Shown here piece by piece: positions 53,548 to 62,934 of a DNA stretch of 64,000 nt. A model generated the notes under the pieces. The model ran no database searches. It was given only the letters and a program-made list of their open reading frames with translations, and was not told the DNA's origin. How positions within the stretch are numbered: the first letter of the stretch is position 1; each line of letters opens with the position of its first letter. A program made the position numbers and the translations under genes. Origin of the DNA: a virus; the IMG/VR virus record IMGVR_UViG_3300009506_000004, positions 1 through 64,000 of that record; one strand, 5' to 3'.

Positions 53548-56094
53548 TTAATCACCACATGAGCCTCCTTTTGTTAAGGAGCATATATTCATTGAATATT
53601 CTTCAACAGCATCCTCGTATCTAATAGGCACTAATGGTTGTCCACCACGAGCACCATCTGGATAAACTGTTATTCCTCTTAATTTAGATAAATATTTTAA
53701 TAAAATAGTTCCAAAATTATTTAATGTACTTTCGTTATTTAACTCACTTCCCCATCTGGGCAGATTAATCGTGCTACTAATAGCATGGTCAACATATTGC
53801 TGAACCCAAGCTTGAAAGGCTATTCTACGTTCTGGGTCACTAGCAAGATCATATGCGTCTTCAATAAGGTCTGGTCTCACACCATTTTCAATAAGTCGTT
53901 TAGCACAAGGATCCACAACTTTCTGCGAAAACCAGACATTTCCTTTTAAATATCGCCTTTCATAAGCTACACAAAATATAGGCTCAATTCCAGTTGTTGT
54001 CTCTGCTACTATTCCAATAGTCCCTGTTGGTGCTATAGCTCTAGTTGCAACTGGTGTTGATATTTCCCATTCATTAGCATATTTTTCAGCATATTCATCA
54101 GTTTTTAAATACACTTTCAAATATTTTTCTAACTCTTCATCAGGTCCGTATTTCTTACCATGAGTTAAGAGCCATTCATGAACACCCATTAATCCTAATC
54201 CAAGACGTCTATTAGCATTTCTTACTTTATCAACTTTAGGATATGGTACATCTGAATATAAAGTACCAGCTAAAAGAAACATAATAGCTAATTCAACAAC
54301 TTCTTCCATTTCCTCTAAACTATGAATTCTTGATAAATTTATAGATCCAAGATTACAAATATCAGAATCATTAGCACTAGTGACCTCCGTGCAATTAGAT
54401 AATCTAACACCTTCAGCTATAAATGAATGTTCTTCTACTCCAACATTACAACAATAAACATCTTGAATAGCACCATTAGTAATATTTATTACTTTTAATT
54501 CAGATTGCCTATAAGATTTATAACCCCTAAATTTTCCTAAATTCAATCTTTTACAAGGAATTATTTTTGCAAATCTAGCGATGCTACTAGATAAAACTAT
54601 TAAATTTCTAGTATCTTGTTTTCCATCAAAACCAGATTTAATTGGTGCTGATATAGTTGACAGTATTCCTAAACACTCTAATAAACGCCTAGCTTCAATT
54701 AAAAATTCAAATTTTCCAGATAATCTAATCATCACTTTATTTGAATCAAAAGAACCATCAGCATCAAACCAACCTGCTAAAAATGAAAATGCACAATTAA
54801 CATCAGGTATATGATCTTTTATTGTTTCACTAACTAATGAATATCTATCATATCCTCTCTTATCATTATATTTTGTACAAAGTCCTACAATATATTTCTT
54901 TAATCTTTTCTTTTCTTCAGTACAAAATGATACACTTTTCTCAGAATCATCACCAAATAAAAATCCAGCTGTATATGCTTCTTTATCCAGAATTCCATCA
55001 AATTCAAGTTCAGGTAAGGAAACATCTAAATAATCATTAATCTCTAAATCTTTAGCTTTAACTTTTATAATATTTAATTTTCTACGCTTTCCAGCACCAG
55101 TATATTTTCTTACAAAAAATTCATGGTCTAAATCACAAGTTATAAATCTTTTTCCAGTTATCTCAATAGTTATTGTTTTAACATTTTCTTTTGTTTTAAC
55201 AAATGTTGCTTCTGACCATTGATAACCAGTCCACAATTTAGTAGGTATTCCAATAATTTCTTTTACTTGTTTATAACCATCTTTTGTTAATACAAAAGTA
55301 TCACTAGAAATTGGTGCATTCCTTAAATCTTCACCAACATTATGTCCACAATTGACACTAAAACCAGGTTCACCAGTTTTACACATTCTACGTATAACAG
55401 TCCAATAAATTCCATGGGCTAATGAATGTTGTGGATCTTCTGGGTCATTATAAGCTTCAAAAAATTCATCATCTAATCCAATACTGATGTTTGTCATATC
55501 AAGTGTAGCTGGAAAATTAAAATCTCTTTCTTTTAATTCTCTAACCTCTTGAATCCAATCCTTTGCTACAATGAATTTATGTGCGTCAGGGTGTTGCCAG
55601 TTCAAACCAGCCCAAATAGCTGCTCGTCTTGACCCACCTTGAATTATGCCACGGCCACATTCGTTTATCATTTGCATCAAAGCCAATGGACCAGTTGCAG
55701 TACCACCAGTGCGCCTAATTTTAGCCCCTTCTTCACGAATTAAACTATATTCAATACCTATTCCAGCACCAGTCATAAGAGCCATACTGGCCTTGTGGAG
55801 TAATTCTGACCACCCTTCCCGGCTATCCTCTGCCCTAAGCATTAAACAATTTTGAGTCTGATGGAAAGAGTTTCCTGCTGCTGCTAAATATCTACCACCT
55901 GGAATAAATTTACGTTCTCGTATAAGTTTATGAATTGCTTGGCAATATTTACTTCGCATATTATAGCCAGCAGCCTTCATAACATGTTTAGTTGTCCTAT
56001 AAGCTATATTATTCCAATTTTCCTTAGAACCATCTTCAAGAGTATGACTATATTTATGCTCCATAATAGTACGAGCAAAATTTGACATTTCCAT
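53548..56094 (-). CDS. nrdJ: Class II (B12-dependent) ribonucleotide reductase with intein
   Basis: FIPGGR, NC, GGSRRAA, GEPG, NA|CTE split by intein, CNLGSINL, RRLGLG, AIAPTGT, AISSTINLP. Confidence 0.92.
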   Translation of the reverse strand: MEMSNFARTIMEHKYSHTLEDGSKENWNNIAYRTTKHVMKAAGYNMRSKYCQAIHKLIRERKFIPGGRYLAAAGNSFHQTQNCLMLRAEDSREGWSELLHKASMALMTGAGIGIEYSLIREEGAKIRRTGGTATGPLALMQMINECGRGIIQGGSRRAAIWAGLNWQHPDAHKFIVAKDWIQEVRELKERDFNFPATLDMTNISIGLDDEFFEAYNDPEDPQHSLAHGIYWTVIRRMCKTGEPGFSVNCGHNVGEDLRNAPISSDTFVLTKDGYKQVKEIIGIPTKLWTGYQWSEATFVKTKENVKTITIEITGKRFITCDLDHEFFVRKYTGAGKRRKLNIIKVKAKDLEINDYLDVSLPELEFDGILDKEAYTAGFLFGDDSEKSVSFCTEEKKRLKKYIVGLCTKYNDKRGYDRYSLVSETIKDHIPDVNCAFSFLAGWFDADGSFDSNKVMIRLSGKFEFLIEARRLLECLGILSTISAPIKSGFDGKQDTRNLIVLSSSIARFAKIIPCKRLNLGKFRGYKSYRQSELKVINITNGAIQDVYCCNVGVEEHSFIAEGVRLSNCTEVTSANDSDICNLGSINLSRIHSLEEMEEVVELAIMFLLAGTLYSDVPYPKVDKVRNANRRLGLGLMGVHEWLLTHGKKYGPDEELEKYLKVYLKTDEYAEKYANEWEISTPVATRAIAPTGTIGIVAETTTGIEPIFCVAYERRYLKGNVWFSQKVVDPCAKRLIENGVRPDLIEDAYDLASDPERRIAFQAWVQQYVDHAISSTINLPRWGSELNNESTLNNFGTILLKYLSKLRGITVYPDGARGGQPLVPIRYEDAVEEYSMNICSLTKGGSCGD
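54394..55314 (-). mobile_element. 307-aa intein with LAGLIDADG endonuclease, non-canonical Pro1
   Basis: PISSDTFVLTKDG start, TCDLDHEF block B, AGFLFGD and LAGWFDADG, DVYCCNV block F, HSFIAEGVRLSN|C end. Confidence 0.9.
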
Positions 56095-56103
56095 TTCACT
56101 ATC

Positions 56104-58584
56104 CTAGACTGTAAGTGATTCCATTACTAACTCTTTATCGTAAGTAACATGTAACATATTATTACTACCACCTTTTTCAGACCAATTCTTCATTTTCTTG
56201 CACCACTTGATACCAATAAGAGGAACTTCCGACCTAAAAGATTCAACTGTCTCTCTAACAATCTCAGCTTCCTTCTCTACATAATCTGGATGTGTCACAG
56301 ACATTATTTCATCATGGATATTCATTGGCATAACAACAAATTCATGTAAACCATATGGTTGTAATCTCCAAATAGCTAGTTGAACAGCTTTGGTTATATC
56401 AGCGCCAGGGGATTGAATTTCATGATTCGCAGCAGCCCTAACATTGGAATCAGCTACTCCTCTTGCTGCACCATAAAGAGCTGAAGAAAGAGCACCCCAT
56501 GCCTTTTGCACCCCTCTATAAGTACTTCTTACTACAGGAGTATTGCATTTACGCCACTCTTTAGGAAGATTTCTAGCTAAATCAAATAAAGCTCTAATTA
56601 TCTTCTCTTCAAGAGTAAAATATCGTCTGAACCCTAAGAAAGATTCAACATATTCTTTTGGTTCTGACCAAGTAATAGCTGTTCCTATTCCACCCGGTTG
56701 AAGTAAACATTGAAAATCATTTATAATACGTTGGCGGCTCTTAGCAATTCCAGGGAACATCTTGCACCACTCTGCATAAGCCTTTTCTGCTACTTCTATA
56801 AGAACACCAAGATTCCTATTCAATGTGTTAGCATTTCCGCCATAAATTAAAGCAAATACACCAGACTTAGCTTTAGTATACATATTTCCAAATTCATAAT
56901 TTTCTGGGTGCTTTTCGCTGTCTAAAATTTGTTCATATGTATAACCTGGATATAATAATGTTCCAAATAAACCATGTAATTTCTGTCCAGATACAATAGC
57001 GCGCCGCAAATCAGGATCATTATAAACAGCATCAGCTAATGTTACCTCAAAACTATCAAAATCACCACCACATAACACATACATTCCATTAGCCAATGGA
57101 AACTTACCTCTAACGGCTGGATCCTTTTTTATTCCTTGAGGATTTAATCCATCACCACCAGCCATTCTAGAAGATAAAGTACCAATAACTTTAAAACTAG
57201 CATGAAACTTACCAGAAATTAAAAGCTTATCATAAAGTTCTATTTCTTTTTTAGCTATCTTAATATCAAGTATTTCTTTAGCTTTATCGGCAACTGGATG
57301 CGGACCTTTCTTTAAAATTCCTTCATCACTACAACGTTTACAATTAGGTTCAAACCCTAAACATTTAGTGCATACTTCTTCCTCATGAATTAACCACTGA
57401 GACATTTCTTGTAATCTAGCTTTCCTAGTTGTTTCTTCTAAGAAAGTCATTTCTGTATCATCACAATATTGATTTAAGTATGCTCTAATTTCTACAGGTT
57501 TATTAGTATTTATAGGTGATTTAATAACAACTTGAACAGCTTTTTCTCTTAATTCTTTAATACCATCAACATCAATTTCAAATCCATGCCACCTAACTGA
57601 AGCTACCATACAAGCTAAAATACTATCTACATCACCATGTACTGGTTCATTGAAGTGATAATAAAGCCCACGTGTGTATACAATGTCATCATTGGCATAC
57701 TCTCTAGCTTCTTTATTAAAATGCCAATGGTCTATGTGATGTTTTATAACACCAGGCCATTCATATCCAATTACTTTTTCTTCACCTTTATCAGTAGTTT
57801 CCCAAACTTTCCAATCTTTATCAGCACTTGATAAAGTTGTACAATAAGGTGCATAACCTAATTCCACTGGGAATAATTCAGAATCAATAGCAATATCTTT
57901 ATGTTTATACTTTGGTGGAATTTTTAAAGCATGTTCAGCTAAAGATTTTAAAGAACCATCAGCATGAAATTTTAAAACTACATCGGCAAAATTCTTATCT
58001 TTAATACCATCTTTTTCACGATCCATAACAGTCCATCTAGGAGCATCAGGATCACAAGTACGCGCAAAATAAATCCCATCAAATTCAATAATTTTTTCAA
58101 GATGATTTGCTACGGCATAAGCCATAGGTACCATTTGCCCTTCCCATTCTACTGGTGTCAATGGAATACGCTTGATTCTGATATCGCTTCGGGCCATAAG
58201 AGATTGATATGGCCCCTTACGACTATGAAGCATTAAATCCAGAGCACTGTAAGGCTTAAGACATAGGCAATCAGTACATGTGCGCTCAATAGCTGAAATA
58301 AGATCTATATGTTCTTCTGGTATTGTATCACCATAGCCAAGGCGAATCATTTCTGACCAAATAGCATGAATCTTTTGTATATGAAACCAGTCGAAAGAAA
58401 GATTAAACCCAACTACAATATTATCAGCAATCCATTCAAGAACTTCTATTGTTTCTTTGAATGGTTTTTTCCAAATTTCCCATAGTTGAATTTCACCGTC
58501 TTTACCAACAGCAAACTGAAGCAAAACCATCATGCTATGAAGTCCACAAGTTTCACTATCAATAAAAATTAATTTCTTTCCCAT
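56104..58584 (-). CDS. Family A DNA polymerase with 3'-5' exonuclease domain
   Basis: DSET, GFNLSFD, YANDD, SSR, DFDSFEV, KAK..VFALIYG, NHEIQS, IHDEI. Confidence 0.93.
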   Translation of the reverse strand: MGKKLIFIDSETCGLHSMMVLLQFAVGKDGEIQLWEIWKKPFKETIEVLEWIADNIVVGFNLSFDWFHIQKIHAIWSEMIRLGYGDTIPEEHIDLISAIERTCTDCLCLKPYSALDLMLHSRKGPYQSLMARSDIRIKRIPLTPVEWEGQMVPMAYAVANHLEKIIEFDGIYFARTCDPDAPRWTVMDREKDGIKDKNFADVVLKFHADGSLKSLAEHALKIPPKYKHKDIAIDSELFPVELGYAPYCTTLSSADKDWKVWETTDKGEEKVIGYEWPGVIKHHIDHWHFNKEAREYANDDIVYTRGLYYHFNEPVHGDVDSILACMVASVRWHGFEIDVDGIKELREKAVQVVIKSPINTNKPVEIRAYLNQYCDDTEMTFLEETTRKARLQEMSQWLIHEEEVCTKCLGFEPNCKRCSDEGILKKGPHPVADKAKEILDIKIAKKEIELYDKLLISGKFHASFKVIGTLSSRMAGGDGLNPQGIKKDPAVRGKFPLANGMYVLCGGDFDSFEVTLADAVYNDPDLRRAIVSGQKLHGLFGTLLYPGYTYEQILDSEKHPENYEFGNMYTKAKSGVFALIYGGNANTLNRNLGVLIEVAEKAYAEWCKMFPGIAKSRQRIINDFQCLLQPGGIGTAITWSEPKEYVESFLGFRRYFTLEEKIIRALFDLARNLPKEWRKCNTPVVRSTYRGVQKAWGALSSALYGAARGVADSNVRAAANHEIQSPGADITKAVQLAIWRLQPYGLHEFVVMPMNIHDEIMSVTHPDYVEKEAEIVRETVESFRSEVPLIGIKWCKKMKNWSEKGGSNNMLHVTYDKELVMESLTV

Positions 58585-59063
58585 TTATAAACACTTTCAT
58601 TACAAATCTTATATTTCACTTTTATTAGGTCACCATTGCATACATAACAAGGTAAATGATCAAATGGTAAAAATTTACAAATCCTATGTTCAAATGAATT
58701 TCCTGTAACCAAAATTCCAATTAAATCAAGACTTTCAAATATATCCCACTCTAATACTATTTCTTCTGGCTCAATAATTTTTTCTTTAAAATGTGTTAAC
58801 TTAGGCTCATAAACAAATTTTCTATCATTATTAACTAATGAAGTTCTTAAGTTAATTGAAAAAATTTTACTTTGTCTTTGGAAAATATGGTCACATTCTT
58901 CGTCTAGCAAAAAATCATCTATTGAATCGAAATCTATTGAATCGGTAGCTTTTAATTCTTCAGCATTACTTCCTCTTATTAAACTTCCTGTAAAACCAAG
59001 AGCTAGTAAAGTAGTAGAAGATTTCAAAAAATTCCTACGTTCAATCTTCTTTCCACAACTCAT
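58569..59063 (-). CDS. Hypothetical protein with twin-arginine-like N-terminus
   Basis: ERRNFLKS followed by a hydrophobic stretch and SNA-EE. Confidence 0.55.
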   Translation of the reverse strand: MSCGKKIERRNFLKSSTTLLALGFTGSLIRGSNAEELKATDSIDFDSIDDFLLDEECDHIFQRQSKIFSINLRTSLVNNDRKFVYEPKLTHFKEKIIEPEEIVLEWDIFESLDLIGILVTGNSFEHRICKFLPFDHLPCYVCNGDLIKVKYKICNESVYKWERN

Positions 59064-59411
59064 ATTTACACCCTTTAACAATAATCATTGCACCAATTAT
59101 TATACCTGTAGTAATTACTGATGCATCTGAAAAAATCATTACTAATCTTAAACCTTTACCTATCCAATCTTTTATATCATATTTTAATAAAGGACAATAA
59201 CTATTTATATCTACACAAGGTTTTTTTGGGAGAACACGAGAACCAGAATCTATTACATATGTAATCTTATCTGTTTTGTTTACAGTTATCTTATAAATAA
59301 ATGTATCTGTATCAACCCAAACAATTGTATCATGTGATAATTTACTAGGAGTTATACCACCTAATTTTTTCTGGCTTTCTTTTAAAGCTTCAATTTCCCT
59401 ATTTCTTGTAC

Positions 59412-60206
59412 TCATCTAAGCCAATTTTTTCTTTCTCTTAACCAACGTAGGCTTTTTATTAAACCAGCTTCACTAACATCCCCAATAGTCCAACTTACCA
59501 ATCTTAAAAAATTAGGGTTAAACCCCTCGTGTAACAATTTAGTTATTAATTTCCTAACTTCTGATTTTTGTCTTATTATTCCTTTATCACCTTTTAAAAA
59601 AATTGTTTTTCTCTTAGTTTTTGCTGCACCTATTAATTTCCGTGCAATAGCTTCTGGATCATCTGATTTTTCTATTAACAATAAATCTTTGTCAGTAAAT
59701 TTTCTTAGTGCCGCATTTTTCTTAACAAAATCGGGCATCAAAATTAAATCACGTCTAACTTTAACCCATATTTTAGGTTTATTTAATTCCTTAGCTATAG
59801 ATTCTATTGTTCTATAAACAGGGAATATTTTATCTATAGCTAAAGCTTCTTCCCATATATTAAGATCCTTTCTTCTTAAATTTTCATCAAAATTTAACCT
59901 AACCATTTGTTCAGGAGATAAACCTATTTTTAATATTGCCGGAATAGTTTTAAGACCAAGTATCTTAAAAGCTATTGTCCTTCTTTCGCCACAAATAAGT
60001 TTATACTTAAAACCTTCTGGTACCCCTTGACATTCTTCAGCTAACTGAACCATAATTGGAATATGCAAACCATCATTTCTAATTGATTCTGTTAAATCTT
60101 CAACAGATTCGTCAGAAACATTTTTTCTACAATTAAATTCTGGATCTATCCAAATTTCAGAAACTAATATGTCAAATGTATCATATTTTGAATCAGCTAA
60201 CTCCAT
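59412..60206 (-). CDS. ParB/Srx-domain protein
   Basis: FNCR, L.ESI..DGL..PI, LICGERR, ENLRRKDL..WEEA, HTH. Confidence 0.88.
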   Translation of the reverse strand: MELADSKYDTFDILVSEIWIDPEFNCRKNVSDESVEDLTESIRNDGLHIPIMVQLAEECQGVPEGFKYKLICGERRTIAFKILGLKTIPAILKIGLSPEQMVRLNFDENLRRKDLNIWEEALAIDKIFPVYRTIESIAKELNKPKIWVKVRRDLILMPDFVKKNAALRKFTDKDLLLIEKSDDPEAIARKLIGAAKTKRKTIFLKGDKGIIRQKSEVRKLITKLLHEGFNPNFLRLVSWTIGDVSEAGLIKSLRWLRERKNWLR

Positions 60207-60211
60207 ACTAT

Positions 60212-60240
60212 ATTATACCATATATTTAATATTTTGTCTA
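60212..60240 (-). promoter_or_regulatory. Sigma70-like promoter upstream of the ParB/Pol/RNR block
   Basis: TAGACA-17-TATAAT. Confidence 0.6.
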
Positions 60241-60249
60241 CTATATTTG

Positions 60250-60912
60250 TCAAAAACCTTGCACAACTTTTATTTGTTGCGTTAATTTAGCCCTAATTCT
60301 CTTATCAATATTACATATCATACGACCATCTTCTTCAATATCAATGTTATAACCAAATCTTTTCATAAATCCACCATATTGTCTATTCATTAAATATTCC
60401 ATTATTCTTTTACTATCATCAGATTTAAAATAAGTAGTCCATGGATTTTTACCTTGTGTCTTATGTGCTTGATTATATGGTAATCTAAAATCATCATTTT
60501 TAGGGTCATTCGTACGCCTACCAAATACCCATCTTAAATCCTCTTCTAAATCTTCATAATAACACCAAATTTCAGCAGATTTCCATAATCCTCTAAGTGG
60601 TGTTGCAACTAATACATGGTCTCTATTATCCCATGCCCATTTTTCAAATGGTCCATTTCTACCAGGACTTACACGCCATTTTGTTATCAATACATCAAAT
60701 GGATTCCTAATTGTACAAATTATTTGGTATTCTTTTATATCTTTTGTAGATATATGTTCTCGCCTCCAATTAGTTAATTCATCAACATCAATATGATGAT
60801 GACCAAGTGTTGAAGCGCCACCTTCTTCCCTTAGTAATTTATCAGTTGCTCTACTTGCTGTATGAGGCTCAAATAAATAAATCCATTTTTGTTGTACGTT
60901 AATTAATGCCAT
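60250..60912 (-). CDS. Sulfotransferase-fold (Sulfotransfer_2-like) protein
   Basis: PHTASRA (5'-PSB-like), IRNPFDVLIT (3'-PB-like), YEDLEEDL, FGY. Confidence 0.6.
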   Translation of the reverse strand: MALINVQQKWIYLFEPHTASRATDKLLREEGGASTLGHHHIDVDELTNWRREHISTKDIKEYQIICTIRNPFDVLITKWRVSPGRNGPFEKWAWDNRDHVLVATPLRGLWKSAEIWCYYEDLEEDLRWVFGRRTNDPKNDDFRLPYNQAHKTQGKNPWTTYFKSDDSKRIMEYLMNRQYGGFMKRFGYNIDIEEDGRMICNIDKRIRAKLTQQIKVVQGF

Positions 60913-61414
60913 AACCTAATTTCTCCATTTCGTCTTTATAAGAATCAACAATCATTGATTTTATTTTAGGTGTATAAAGTGATTGCCATTTAATTCCTTT
61001 TGGGCGTTTAGATTTACTTCTAATTAATGGTCTAAATTCTAAGCCAGCGGTATTACATAAAGTAGCCCATTCATTTTCTAAAGATTCATATCTAAGAATA
61101 TAATTTGAATTAAATTTACTGTATAATGTAACTGGTTTTAAAAATGAATGCTTGCCATCAAGAACATTTTTAATAAATTCTTCAAATGGTGTAGATGAAC
61201 ACCGCCAATACCACCATGATACTAATACATCACAATGATGCCTGACAGATTCTACAATTAAAGTATCCCATTGAGTTAATACTGGTGGGTCATGATGTTC
61301 ACCTATTTTATTACCACCCATTTCTAAAATAGTTGTACCAACTGCTGTACTACCAACTCTATAATTACAACAATAAACTACAGGATAATCTTTACCTTGT
61401 ATAAAATAGGCCAT
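60899..61414 (-). CDS. Sulfotransferase-fold protein, degenerate
   Basis: RVGSTAV, VRHHCDVLVSWW, LRYESLENEW, LGY. Confidence 0.55.
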   Translation of the reverse strand: MAYFIQGKDYPVVYCCNYRVGSTAVGTTILEMGGNKIGEHHDPPVLTQWDTLIVESVRHHCDVLVSWWYWRCSSTPFEEFIKNVLDGKHSFLKPVTLYSKFNSNYILRYESLENEWATLCNTAGLEFRPLIRSKSKRPKGIKWQSLYTPKIKSMIVDSYKDEMEKLGYGIN

Positions 61415-62727
61415 TAAATATCCTCCAATCCTGGAATAAAATACCGAGTTGGTTTTTCTAAGAAAGATTTAAAATTCCTAATATGTGCATTTATTCTCCA
61501 CGTAATTCCATGCTCAAAATTTACACCATGAAACCATTGTGTTGGTTCAGTATAACTATTATATCTATTATAAACATATGCATCAGAAGCAACCCAAGGT
61601 CCATTTATTACAAGTTCACCGTCCAAATCACCAATCATAGCAGGTTTATGAAAATGACCACAAACTTGGTAACGAATTCTTGGCAGACCAGTAGCTTGAT
61701 GTAATGATGATATACGTCTAGTCCGTCTTTCCAGACCATACCATGGGATTCCTAAAGAATTATTACGGATATCATCACCATGAAAAATTTGGAATCCAAC
61801 ACCATCTATATCTATATTAGCACAATAACAATCAGGTATTTGAAAAGAAACATTATCTAATTCTCTACAATGTTCTTGTGCGACTCTTCCAACTACATAA
61901 TCCCAATTATCATGTGCGCCATGGTAATCTTTCTTTTGTGATCTTCGTCCATGATTCCCAGGCACATAAATCACATTGACAGAATCAAAAAAGCTAGATA
62001 ATTCAGCAATCATACATCCATGTAATTGACCTATACCAAATGAATTTTTAAATTGGTTACGAAAATAAGATCTATTAACAGCACCATGTATTTCACCACT
62101 AGTATGATCACCATAAGCTAATATCCATAAAGTAGAAAATTTGTAAGTATTACCTACAATTCCTTGCGTATAACGTAATACACGATCTACATATCTTTCA
62201 GCACGCCTAATAGAAGTTGGAAAATCATGTTTTTCTAATCCACCACATTCTTCACTTTTAACTGTTTGGTCATGGTGTCCGTCAGATAAATGCATAACTA
62301 ATGTTTCTTGGATCAAACCAGTCTTTTTTATACCAGTTGGTCTCTTTGATTTAAATGATTTTATTGGCTTTATGCGATTCCCCATTTCTTCGACAACAGC
62401 TTTAAAAATAGATGCATCCTTTTTTGTAGCTTGATATTTTTTAGCAGTATGTCTTTTTTCTTCCCTTAAAGCCTCTATTTCTGATTCTAGTTCAAGAATT
62501 CTTTCATTTGTGGGGTCATATTTTGGGATTCTTTTTTGTGGTCCAGATAATTTAGGTTTATGCTCTTCTGGCCATTTTACATCTGACCAAAGTCTACCAG
62601 AATCAATATCACTTATTGTTGATCTACTTACTCCGTATTTCTTAGCTATTTGTTCTTGTGTTAAATTACCCTCTACTATTAATTTCTTGATGTTTGCTAC
62701 TTTGCAAACATTTAATTTTCTCATCAT
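61414..62727 (-). CDS. HTH + coiled coil + metallophosphoesterase protein
   Basis: TQEQIAKKYGVSRSTISDI; SDGH, GD, GNHG, HGD, GHFH. Confidence 0.8.
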   Translation of the reverse strand: MMRKLNVCKVANIKKLIVEGNLTQEQIAKKYGVSRSTISDIDSGRLWSDVKWPEEHKPKLSGPQKRIPKYDPTNERILELESEIEALREEKRHTAKKYQATKKDASIFKAVVEEMGNRIKPIKSFKSKRPTGIKKTGLIQETLVMHLSDGHHDQTVKSEECGGLEKHDFPTSIRRAERYVDRVLRYTQGIVGNTYKFSTLWILAYGDHTSGEIHGAVNRSYFRNQFKNSFGIGQLHGCMIAELSSFFDSVNVIYVPGNHGRRSQKKDYHGAHDNWDYVVGRVAQEHCRELDNVSFQIPDCYCANIDIDGVGFQIFHGDDIRNNSLGIPWYGLERRTRRISSLHQATGLPRIRYQVCGHFHKPAMIGDLDGELVINGPWVASDAYVYNRYNSYTEPTQWFHGVNFEHGITWRINAHIRNFKSFLEKPTRYFIPGLEDI

Positions 62728-62934
62728 CTTTTACCTTCAATGTCAAAGATTCTATCTGATCAGGGAAATACCTAGTTTTATCTTCAGATAAAAAACCTAC
62801 GTGAGCGATTCTATCCTGCATTTTTCTAGCTAAATCCCTTCCTCGTATACCTAAATAAAAAGTTTTATGCTCCTTGCCCTCAACAGCAACAATGCACAAA
62901 ATATAATCTTGTTCTTCTTTATTCATACTTTACC

